The notes below the pieces were generated by a model that ran no database searches, was not told where the DNA came from, and was given only the letters and a program-made list of their open reading frames with translations. A program made the position numbers and the translations under genes. Of a stretch of DNA of 61,599 bases, positions 18,997 to 26,806 are shown piece after piece (the first letter of the stretch is position 1; the number at the start of each line of letters is the position of its first letter). Location of the stretch: the NCBI GenBank assembly GCA_031260605.1, contig JAISLF010000064.1, forward strand, positions 1 through 61,599, written 5' to 3'. The DNA comes from Oscillospiraceae bacterium. Its GTDB lineage: Bacteria; Bacillota; Clostridia; Oscillospirales; Oscillospiraceae.

Positions 18997-19024
18997 CCCG
19001 CCGCCCGAAAAGGCGGCGGGTTTT
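18997..19024 (+). terminator. Rho-independent terminator after the adhesin gene
   Basis: cccgccgcc-cgaaaa-ggcggcggg followed by tttt. Confidence 0.8.
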
Positions 19025-19060
19025 GGATATACGCCGATAAAACCGGGGGAATGAGTACAG

Positions 19061-19816
19061 GTGCATATAACTAAAGTGTACGTTGCCGTATGCGTCGGAG
19101 ACGATGCGGATAACGCGGAGATTGTTCGCCGCTGCCGAGCGGTGGGTGAACAAAACAATATAGAAATCGGATTTCAAAGCTACGGCTCTCCGTCTGAGAT
19201 GGCGGAGGAATTACGGCGTGAGAGCTACCGTGACTCGCTGCATATTCTCGTCACAGAAACGGCAGGCGAGGCAAACACCGCAATTGAAATCCGCAAAACA
19301 GGCTTTTCGGGGATAATCATCGAAATGAGCGACACACAGTCTGTCGGCGATATTGAAAAGGTGTTTGACGCGGAGGTTTTCAACTTTGTTGTGCGGCGCA
19401 AAAACAGTGATTCGCGCTTTGAAGAAGTGCTGCTGAAGGCTATATGGGAAATCACGAAACGGCAGCAAAAGCATATTATCCTGACCTTCGGCGGAGACAC
19501 GAGGAAGATTCCGCTTGGAGATATTGTGATGTTCGAAACTGAAAATCGTATGATTAAGGTCACCTACGGGCAGGAGAGCTTTTTGTTTCGCTCAACGCTG
19601 GACTCCCTTGAGGAGCGTCTCGGCACAGAGGGCTTTTGCCGTGTGCAGCGGTCGTTTCTAATATCAATTGACCGTATTCGCGCATATACAAAATCCGCAG
19701 TCACTCTGGATAACGGCGCGCAGCTTCCGTTTGGGCGGCTGAACAAGCAAACAGCGCTGGCGCAGATTGAAAACTGGCTCACGGCTTCCGCCCCGTCGCA
19801 GGAGGCGGACAAATGA
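19061..19816 (+). CDS. LytTR-family DNA-binding regulator with a degenerate receiver-like N-terminal domain
   Basis: The C-terminal half (FETENRMIKVTYGQESFLFRSTLDSLEERLGTEGFCRVQRSFLISIDRI) is LytTR-like. The N-terminal domain has no obvious phospho-acceptor Asp (HILVTETAG). No kinase gene is adjacent. The GTG start is uncertain. Confidence 0.7.
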   Translation: MHITKVYVAVCVGDDADNAEIVRRCRAVGEQNNIEIGFQSYGSPSEMAEELRRESYRDSLHILVTETAGEANTAIEIRKTGFSGIIIEMSDTQSVGDIEKVFDAEVFNFVVRRKNSDSRFEEVLLKAIWEITKRQQKHIILTFGGDTRKIPLGDIVMFETENRMIKVTYGQESFLFRSTLDSLEERLGTEGFCRVQRSFLISIDRIRAYTKSAVTLDNGAQLPFGRLNKQTALAQIENWLTASAPSQEADK

Positions 19817-20328
19817 CCGCCCCTCGAGTTCGCAAAGTCTGCGTGTTGCTGCTTGCGCTGCTGTGCTTTGCAATAGCGCTCAGCGCGGCGTGTCTTACGG
19901 TGCGCGCAGCGGAGGGCAAGGAAAGTATCTGGGGCGAGTGGATTATAGACCGCGAGCCGACGGAAACGGAGCCGGGTATGCGGCACCGCGTCGCAAAAAC
20001 AACCGGCGCCGTCGAGTACGAGGAAATTCCGGTGCTTGTCCTCTCCCCTGCCCCGACGCCTACGCCGACGCCGGAGTCAACGCCACGCCCGGTTCCTTTG
20101 CCGTCTCCGACTCCCGAGCCTGTTCCCGAGCAGACTGCCCCGCCGGTGCTAACTAAGGCGGAGGCTGCCGCTGTCGGCGCGACAGGCGGGATAAGCGTGT
20201 TTTTTGTGTTGTTTTGCGTATTGTGGGTACTCCCCGTGCGGCGCATACTGCATACGGACAAATCCGAAAAGCAAAAGAGAATGGCAAAAGCAGCGGAAAT
20301 ACGCGCGGAACGGAGGCGGTTCAAATGA
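19813..20328 (+). CDS. Secreted/membrane-anchored Pro/Thr-rich protein
   Basis: 171 aa with an N-terminal signal/TM, a PTPTPTPESTPRPVPLPSPTPEP linker and a C-terminal TM. ATGA overlap with the LytTR stop. Confidence 0.55.
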   Translation: MTAPRVRKVCVLLLALLCFAIALSAACLTVRAAEGKESIWGEWIIDREPTETEPGMRHRVAKTTGAVEYEEIPVLVLSPAPTPTPTPESTPRPVPLPSPTPEPVPEQTAPPVLTKAEAAAVGATGGISVFFVLFCVLWVLPVRRILHTDKSEKQKRMAKAAEIRAERRRFK

Positions 20329-20471
20329 CGTGGATTATTGCCGTGTGCGCGGCGGTGTCGGCTGTATGTATCGCGGTGTTCGCGGTTCTGCGCGCGCATT
20401 ACAAAAAGCGGCTGCGGGATATAGACGGCTTTGTTGGTGTATATGACGCGGAGGAGGACAGCGAGGAGTAG
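20325..20471 (+). CDS. Small single-pass membrane protein
   Basis: 48 aa, MTWIIAVCAAVSAVCIAVFAVLRAHYKKRL... ATGA overlap with the preceding gene, which suggests translational coupling. Confidence 0.4.
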   Translation: MTWIIAVCAAVSAVCIAVFAVLRAHYKKRLRDIDGFVGVYDAEEDSEE

Positions 20472-20506
20472 CGGTCCACCGCGTGAACTCGGCATTGTTA
20501 GGTTAT

Positions 20507-20550
20507 AATTAAGCGCACCTGAAAACGGCTGTTTTCAGGTGCGCTTAATT
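20507..20550. terminator. Bidirectional stem-loop between convergent genes
   Basis: Perfect 20-bp inverted repeat aattaagcgcacctgaaaac / gttttcaggtgcgcttaatt with loop ggct. Confidence 0.75.
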
Positions 20551-20571
20551 GTGGGGTGAGGCAGTTTGTTG

Positions 20572-20907
20572 CTAATTATGCATTGGGTACACCCTTACCG
20601 GTACGCCGAGTCTGCGGCAGTTCTCGATAACGAACCTTGTGCCGCCGCTGTGACCGTCCCAAAACGCCAGCACCAGGTCGGAATACTCGATAATCTGCAG
20701 ATTCCGCTTCAGCGGCGCGGCGCGCCCGTACCGCGTGTACTCCGGCAGGAATTCCGTCAGCGCAATGCCGTGCGCCTTTGCGTACTCGCGGGCGCAGGTG
20801 TCCGCACCTGCGGCGCCGCCTGAAACGATTTCCGTTGTTTCAGGCGGCAAATATTTATCCAAATCCTTAATAAGTAACCCGCGTGAGCCGATGACCGCTA
20901 CTTTCAT
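20572..20907 (-). CDS. SLOG/DprA-like Rossmann-fold protein (DUF2493-like)
   Basis: 111 aa, MKVAVIGSRG...IVSGGAAGADTCAREYA..., matching the GGAxGAD motif of the SLOG/Smf-like fold. Family assignment is from memory. Confidence 0.55.
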   Translation of the reverse strand: MKVAVIGSRGLLIKDLDKYLPPETTEIVSGGAAGADTCAREYAKAHGIALTEFLPEYTRYGRAAPLKRNLQIIEYSDLVLAFWDGHSGGTRFVIENCRRLGVPVRVYPMHN

Positions 20908-21016
20908 ATTTGTCCTCGCAAACTTATTTAGATATACAGTATATCCGTTTCCGTCAGTATATCACATATTGAGCATATAATAAAGCCATAGTATATCTAT
21001 GTAAGGAGCGTATATT

Positions 21017-21217
21017 ATGGCAATAAAGAGCTTATCTATTCGCATTGAAGAGGAAATGCTCGGAAAACTCGGCTTTGTAGCCAACTATGAGGGGAGGTCT
21101 CTGAACAGCCACATTCTTGTTCTGATTCGCGAAAGTATAAAGCGGCACGAGGAGCAGTACGGCATAATCAGCGGCGACGTCAGTCCGGACACAAACGTAA
21201 AGCCCTCGCGCAAATAG
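21017..21217 (+). CDS. Ribbon-helix-helix (Arc/CopG-like) protein, paralog 1
   Basis: 66 aa. The N-terminal beta-strand pattern (LSIRIEEEMLGKLGFVANYEGRSLNSHI) fits an RHH fold. It shares the YEGRS.N motif with the 21322 gene. Confidence 0.55.
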   Translation: MAIKSLSIRIEEEMLGKLGFVANYEGRSLNSHILVLIRESIKRHEEQYGIISGDVSPDTNVKPSRK

Positions 21218-21321
21218 CAATTTTTTTGGTTCGTCATATATCCACCATTTTACCACCATTTTCGTTTTGACGCAAGTATGATTGTACAATAGATGGTAAA
21301 TAACATCTATGAGGTGCATAT

Positions 21322-21504
21322 ATGGTGGATAAAGACATACTACGGTACACCCTGCGGACAAATCGCGAGCTGTTTCGGAAATTTCGGTATATTGCCGAGT
21401 ATGAGGGGCGCTCCGCCAACCGCGAGATAGAGCAATTTATGAAGCAGCGCGTTAAGCAGTTCGAAGAACAGCACGGAGAGATAACCGCAGAGGATAACAA
21501 GTAG
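21322..21504 (+). CDS. Ribbon-helix-helix (Arc/CopG-like) protein, paralog 2
   Basis: 60 aa, LRYTLRTNRELFRKFRYIAEYEGRSANREIEQFM. Paralogous to the 21017 gene. Confidence 0.55.
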   Translation: MVDKDILRYTLRTNRELFRKFRYIAEYEGRSANREIEQFMKQRVKQFEEQHGEITAEDNK

Positions 21505-21557
21505 CCGCCGCGTGTTGCGCTGCCGCCGGTGTGTGCGGCGAGAATTTCGGGCACAGC

Positions 21558-21593
21558 AAAAAAGGACGCTCCCTTGCGGGAACGTCCTTTTTT
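21558..21593. terminator. Bidirectional terminator (A6/T6-flanked stem)
   Basis: aaaaaaggacg...cgtcctttttt lies between convergent genes that end at 21504 (+) and 21649 (-). Confidence 0.7.
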
Positions 21594-21648
21594 GCGGATA
21601 TTTTGTTGCGTAACGCTTTATTTGGCTGCGGTTAGGGTGCTTTACGGC

Positions 21649-22680
21649 TCAACCGCCGTACTTCTTCCGCGAATACTCAAACGTCTCGCGCATAATTATC
21701 TCCGTTACGCGCGGATTCATTCCCATTGAGAACATAACCATTCCGCCATTTTCGCCGTAGGTGTCTATCGCCGTGCGAACCGCCGCGACTATTTCGCCCT
21801 CGGCAACATCAGGCTTTTCGAGCAGTGCGGAGTCGAGATGTATCGTAAACGCGAGCTTGTCGCCGTGCGCCTTTTTGAGCGCAATGTGGTCGTTCATCGG
21901 CTGCCCCTCCCAGAGGTCGGCAAACTGCGCTATGTAAGGCACGATTGCGTCTATTTTGCCGCAGGAATGCATATTCACGTACTTGCCGCGCGAGTGAATA
22001 TGGTCGGCAAGGCGCTTTGTCGGCTCAAAGAAGTATTTCGCGTACATATCAGGCGACATAAACGGCGCACGCTGCGTACCCCAATCGTCTGATATTGCGA
22101 CAAAATCAATCGGAACCCAGCTGTCGAGAATCTTGTCAATAAGCTTGATTTTGTAGTCCGCCATCGTGTTTGCGTACTCAATAACATCGTCCGGCTCGGT
22201 CGCAAGCCACACGAAAACCTCTTCGGACTCCGAAATGTCGAGCAGACGCTCAAACATCCCGTTTTGCATAACGTACATATTCATTTTCTGCGAATTGTCG
22301 TACTGCGCCAGCGCTTCCTCACGCCCTTTGCCGAAGTCAATCGCGTCAAGATCCGGGAAAATCAGCTTTTCGCGCCAGTCTGCCGGGTCGGGGCAGATGT
22401 GCGTTTCCGGCGGAACCATCTGCGCGCCCGCCGTCTCCACAAACCGCCACGTCGCGCCGAACCAGTCCTTGCCGCTTTCCGTAAGCGGCGGACGCTCGCC
22501 GTCGTTCGGGCATTGGCAGAACGTGTTCTCGGCGAACATTACGGGTATCCAGAGCGGCTTTTTGTGCTCTAAAATGAGCTTCATATTCTCGCGCGGCGGC
22601 ACGGGATAGTCGATTTTCGGCAGCTCCGCGCGATTCGCGACCGTGCCCGCCTTAATAAGCTTTTCGTCTTTTTCGTTCAT
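21649..22680 (-). CDS. Uroporphyrinogen decarboxylase (URO-D/MtaA)-family protein
   Basis: 343 aa. The C-terminal pattern DDWGTQRAPFMSPDMYAKYF...NMHSCGKIDAIVPYI resembles the URO-D family. Assignment is from memory. Confidence 0.5.
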   Translation of the reverse strand: MNEKDEKLIKAGTVANRAELPKIDYPVPPRENMKLILEHKKPLWIPVMFAENTFCQCPNDGERPPLTESGKDWFGATWRFVETAGAQMVPPETHICPDPADWREKLIFPDLDAIDFGKGREEALAQYDNSQKMNMYVMQNGMFERLLDISESEEVFVWLATEPDDVIEYANTMADYKIKLIDKILDSWVPIDFVAISDDWGTQRAPFMSPDMYAKYFFEPTKRLADHIHSRGKYVNMHSCGKIDAIVPYIAQFADLWEGQPMNDHIALKKAHGDKLAFTIHLDSALLEKPDVAEGEIVAAVRTAIDTYGENGGMVMFSMGMNPRVTEIIMRETFEYSRKKYGG

Positions 22681-22710
22681 AACACAAACCTCTATAAATT
22701 ATTGAAATAG

Positions 22711-24588
22711 TTACAGCCGCATAGCCGCGTCAAACCCTGACGTGACCGCGTTCCACACGGAACCGCCGCCTTTTGCGTCGCCGACAATGTAAACGTCGTC
22801 CGCTGCGCTGCTAAAGCGTGAGAGCAGCTCCTCATCCGGGCGAAAGCCGAGGGACAGAACTACGTTGTCGCACGGCAGGAGTGTTTGCGCCCCGTCCTTT
22901 TGCAGCACAGCGCCGTCCGCGTTCACGTCCTCAATTCGGGTTTCGCCGATAATCCGCACGTTTGCCTCTTGCAGCAGCGCGCGCAGGGCAATCAGGTTTA
23001 TCGGCGTTGCGCCGCCGCCCGTCTGCTCCTCCGGCAAGAGGTCAACGAGCGTGACGCTTTTGCCGAGTGCGGCAAGCGTCAGGGCAAACTCCATTCCGGT
23101 CACGCCCGCACCCGCGATTACAACATTCTCGCCGAGCCGCGCGGGATTCTCCTCCGCGTCTCCGACCCATAGCACGCTGCCCGTACCGCTTGCCGTAAAG
23201 TGCGGTATAATCGGCTTTGCGCCGATACCGAGTATCAGCGCGTCAAATTTCGCGTTCGCCAGAAGTGCGGGCGTCGCCTCTGTGCTCAGACGAATTTCGA
23301 TTTGTGCGTTTTGGCTGACAACACGCCGCGCCCAGTCGAGATACACCCGCAGGTCGGTCTTTAGCTCGCCGACTGCCGCGAGGTTCAGCAGTCCGCCGAG
23401 CTTATCGGTCTTTTCAAACAGCGTTACTGTGTGGCCTTTGTCCGCGGCGGTGAGCGCCGCCTGAATTCCCGCGATTCCGCCGCCGATTACAGCGACGTTT
23501 CGGGGCGCTTCCGTTTTGCGCGTGTCAAACCGCGTCTCGCGGCCGATAAGCGGATTTACGGCGCAGCGCACGGTTTTGAACATCGAGTGCGTGCGCGAAA
23601 TGCAGGTGTTGCAGCGAATGCAGGGGCGAATTTCCGCGTCACGGCCGTGCCGCGCCTTTTCCACACAGCGCGTGTCCGCAAGCACCGTGCGAATCATCGC
23701 CACCATATCGACATCGCCGTTTGAGATTGCTTTTTCGGCGGTCTCAAGGTCAAACGAGCCGACGACAGAAACGGGCACAGTCAGCGACTCCTTAAACCGC
23801 TTGGCGTAAGGCAGATTCATCGCGCGCGGCAGGTAGCTCGGCGCGTTGATAAACGGCAGGAGCGCGTCCACCTCCAGCAGACCGCGCGAAACGTGCAGCA
23901 GGTCAATGTACGGCTCGATTACCTTTGCGTACTCAAGGGTTTCCTCCAGAGTCGTCATATCCGGCTGCATTTCCTCGGCGGAAATACGGTATTCAACGGC
24001 GAGCTTGCCGCCCGTCGCCTCCTTAATTCCACGCAAAAGCTCTATGCCGAAGCGGCAGCGGTTTTCAAAGGAGCCGCCGAAGCGGTCCGTCCGGTGATTG
24101 AACTTTTTGTTGAAGAACATCGACGGCACATTGCCGTGTCCGCCGTGAATCATAATTATGTCGAACCCGGCGGTTTGGCAAAGCCTTGCCGCGTTTACGA
24201 AATCCGCGATAATGCGCTCGACCTCGGCGGTGCTTGTCTGCTGGGCGACGCTATCAGGCGGCGAGAGCATATATCTTCCGTGTACAAGCTCAATTCCCGC
24301 CGCCGCGCCGCAGCTTTTTATTCCCTCGGCAATGTCTGACAGTCCGGAAAGAAACAGCGGCGAGCTTGCGGATAGCGTCCTGCCTGAAATCGGCGGGCGC
24401 TCATCCACTCCGGTAACGCCGATCATCACGATACCGGCGCCGGAACGCGCAAGCTCGGTTGTGTAGGCGTAAAACTCCGGCGTAACGGAGCCGTCAGCCC
24501 CGGTTAGAAACGGAGCTGCGGGCGCAACCTCAATACGGTTTTTCACGCACAGGCTGCCGATTTGTATCGGTTCAAAAATACTTTTCAT
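22711..24588 (-). CDS. NADH:flavin oxidoreductase (OYE domain + Fe-S + FAD/NAD(P) domain; 2,4-dienoyl-CoA-reductase-like)
   Basis: 625 aa from the ATG at 24588 (MKSIFEPIQIGSLCVKNRIEVAPA...). It has an OYE N-domain, a CIRCNTCISR cluster and a GGGIAG dinucleotide motif. The start is uncertain; see the SD-hairpin finding. Confidence 0.8.
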   Translation of the reverse strand: MKSIFEPIQIGSLCVKNRIEVAPAAPFLTGADGSVTPEFYAYTTELARSGAGIVMIGVTGVDERPPISGRTLSASSPLFLSGLSDIAEGIKSCGAAAGIELVHGRYMLSPPDSVAQQTSTAEVERIIADFVNAARLCQTAGFDIIMIHGGHGNVPSMFFNKKFNHRTDRFGGSFENRCRFGIELLRGIKEATGGKLAVEYRISAEEMQPDMTTLEETLEYAKVIEPYIDLLHVSRGLLEVDALLPFINAPSYLPRAMNLPYAKRFKESLTVPVSVVGSFDLETAEKAISNGDVDMVAMIRTVLADTRCVEKARHGRDAEIRPCIRCNTCISRTHSMFKTVRCAVNPLIGRETRFDTRKTEAPRNVAVIGGGIAGIQAALTAADKGHTVTLFEKTDKLGGLLNLAAVGELKTDLRVYLDWARRVVSQNAQIEIRLSTEATPALLANAKFDALILGIGAKPIIPHFTASGTGSVLWVGDAEENPARLGENVVIAGAGVTGMEFALTLAALGKSVTLVDLLPEEQTGGGATPINLIALRALLQEANVRIIGETRIEDVNADGAVLQKDGAQTLLPCDNVVLSLGFRPDEELLSRFSSAADDVYIVGDAKGGGSVWNAVTSGFDAAMRL

Positions 24589-24657
24589 AGCTAAATTCGG
24601 GACAGACGAGTACGACTGTCCCCTCCTCAAGGTGCTTACCTGAACTTGAACATTAGT

Positions 24658-24686
24658 ATAGTACCACACTGTGTGCGGTTAGTCAA
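24658..24686 (-). promoter_or_regulatory. Candidate sigma-A promoter of the oxidoreductase gene
   Basis: Minus strand TTGACT (24686-24681), 17-nt spacer, TACTAT (24663-24658). Confidence 0.4.
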
Positions 24687-24740
24687 GAGAAAAACAATCT
24701 CGGGGTGGAAATCCGGCGTCTGTGGTTTGCTTCGCCGTGT

Positions 24741-25700
24741 GGGTTTGCTTGAACTTGGGTGCAACCGTTGAACTGCGGCGCGGGTTGCTGCGTTTGGAAT
24801 TGCGTCTTTTGCTTCGCCGCTTGGCGAAGCTAAGCGCCTGCGCGGCGGGCGGTTCCTTTCTTGTCTTGGCAAGAAAGGAACCAAAGAAGCCGCTTTTTCG
24901 CTTAGGCGATCGCGCTGCGGCAAGTGTACGTGTCCGTGCGTCCGCACCCGGACAGAATTGCCGATGGACGGGGCGTTAGGCCCCTATGTGCCGGAGGTGA
25001 GTATCGGCGGGTGGCCACAGGATTTGGCGAATCCCACCCGCACCGCGCCCTGCGCTGTGTGGTGCGGCAAGCAGTTGCGTGTCCCGACGCGCATAGCGCG
25101 AAGGTAGACGAGGACACCCAACCGCACCTACGCCGTGCGGGTGCGGTGGTTTTACACAAAATGCGGTGAGAACCAAAAGCCGGGACGATGAGGGCATCGT
25201 CCCCTACGGAGATGAAGCCCTGCGGCGACGGGGTACGAACCCGCACCGTACAGGTGCGCTGATTGCCGCAACATACCCGCCGCGTCGGGAGACGCACCTA
25301 CTTGCCGCTACAGCGGGCGGCAGCAATCGTAGCAAACCAGTCCTTCTGTGGCCACCCGTAGGGACTTCGCGGCAAGCACTACCTTACCCCAGACATCAAC
25401 CCCGCGACAGGCTTTGACCCTGCGTGCGGCGCAGCTGAGGCGTTCGTGCACTCCACCGCGATACGTCGCGGGGAATAGCAGACGACCACATTGTCACCAC
25501 CGCAGTTCCCGTATAAAAAAAGATTGCTTCTTTTAAAGAAGTCGTCCCTTTTTTGGTTACTTTTTTCCGACGAAGCGGAAAAAAGTAACCGCCCGCCGCG
25601 TAGGCGCTTAGCAGCGCGAAGCTGCCAAGCTTCACCCCAATTACAAACATAGCAACCCGCGCCGCAGGTCAACGCTTGCACCCAAATAAAAGCAAAGCCC
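24741..25700 (+). repeat. Large ORF-free, hairpin-dense element, copy 1 (candidate structured ncRNA or non-autonomous element)
   Basis: It aligns over ~0.9 kb with 38690-39600 in the same orientation. A 22-bp closing helix (24829-24850 with 25591-25612) is extended by ~60-nt imperfect inverted repeats (24741-24802 vs 25638-25700). No reading frame is conserved between the copies. Confidence 0.8.
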
Positions 25701-25732
25701 GGTCTCGACGCTTTACGAGTCCGGGCTTTGCT
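25691..25732 (-). terminator. Rho-independent terminator of the sugar ABC operon
   Basis: agcaaagcccgg...ccgggctttgct stem, followed on the minus strand by ttttatttggg. It lies 24 nt downstream of the permease stop. Confidence 0.75.
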
Positions 25733-25755
25733 GTAATTCTTTGTTTTGCGTGTAA

Positions 25756-26802
25756 TTACGCGTTTTTCTCTGCGAGAAGTGCCTTACGGCGGCGCTCTGC
25801 CGAGATATAGTCAACAATGAGCGCGACGACGAGCAGGAAGCCTGCCGCAAAGGTCGTCCAGTAGTCCTGCACGTTCAGAACGCGGAGCATATTGTTGAAT
25901 ATGTTCAGCAGGAACAGCGCAATAAGCGCACCGCCGAGGTGACCCGCGCCGCCCATAAACGAGACTCCGCCGAGGATTGATCCGGAGATAACCTTCATAT
26001 CAGGTGCGGAGGCAGCGATTGCCGTTGGGCTTGCGAGCGTCAGCTGTGCCGTCCAGAGAAGTCCGCCGATTGCCGCGAGGACGCTGTTGTTAACGAACAG
26101 TATCATACGGATTTTGTTCGGATTCAGTCCTGACAGGCGCGCCGCAGGCGGGTTTCCGCCGGACATATAGACGCTGCGTCCAAAGCGAGTGCGCGACAGC
26201 ACGAACTGATACACAACGACAAGAACCAGCGCGAACAGGAAGATTACGGGGAAGCGTCCGAAAAGGCTTGCCTTACCAAGGTCGAGGAAGCCCTGCGCAC
26301 GTGTCGAGAGAATCTGCACGTTGTTGCCGCCGTTCATGACATTGCACAGTCCCTTATATACGGAGGACATACCGATGGTCGCAATGAATGCCGGGAAATG
26401 CAGCAAATTGATGAGTATCGTGTTGATGAGTCCGAAGCCTGCGGCGATTATCAGCGTAATCAGAAGACATACCGGCCACGGAAGCATTGTTTTTACGATA
26501 AGGTTCGCGAAAATCATTGCCGCAAGCATTGCCTGTGCGCCGACTGAAAGGTCGATATTGCCGCCGATAAGTATCATCGCAATTCCGCACATCATGACAA
26601 TCTGAATAACCAGATTGTAGAATATGCCCAGCAGGTTGCCGCTTGCCATGAAGCCGTCCGTGAAGATTGCCGTAAACGGCTTTTCTCCCTTTGTCACGCC
26701 GCTGCTAATCACCATTGTGAAAAGCATAAGCACAATAAGCAGAATGAGCAGAGGCCCTGATTTGTCACGCAGAAAGCGTTTATACCAAGATGTCTTTTGC
26801 AT
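25756..26802 (-). CDS. Sugar ABC transporter permease (CUT2/RbsC-like)
   Basis: 348 aa polytopic membrane protein of the RbsC/branched-chain-type permease family. Confidence 0.85.
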   Translation of the reverse strand: MQKTSWYKRFLRDKSGPLLILLIVLMLFTMVISSGVTKGEKPFTAIFTDGFMASGNLLGIFYNLVIQIVMMCGIAMILIGGNIDLSVGAQAMLAAMIFANLIVKTMLPWPVCLLITLIIAAGFGLINTILINLLHFPAFIATIGMSSVYKGLCNVMNGGNNVQILSTRAQGFLDLGKASLFGRFPVIFLFALVLVVVYQFVLSRTRFGRSVYMSGGNPPAARLSGLNPNKIRMILFVNNSVLAAIGGLLWTAQLTLASPTAIAASAPDMKVISGSILGGVSFMGGAGHLGGALIALFLLNIFNNMLRVLNVQDYWTTFAAGFLLVVALIVDYISAERRRKALLAEKNA

Positions 26803-26806
26803 TTTT

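Noticed and set aside
24902-25297. 131-aa minus-strand ORF inside element copy 1. Copy 2 has analogous ORFs (38899-39414, 39553-40122, 39355-39792).
   Set aside because: Frames are not conserved between the two copies. Shared peptide stretches such as ASGHAT.CRTTQRRARCG and FISVGDDALIVPAFG fall in different ORFs because of indels. Substitutions follow base-pairing rather than codon logic.
24741-25700. Possibility that the large repeats are a DGR template/variable repeat pair, a group II intron, RNase P, tmRNA or rRNA debris.
   Set aside because: Differences between the copies are not adenine-specific and no reverse transcriptase is nearby. I see no GUGYG 5' end or domain V-like AGC...GNRA hairpin, and no conserved RNase P, tmRNA or rRNA blocks that I can recognise. 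This is only a by-eye exclusion, so a covariance-model search is still needed.
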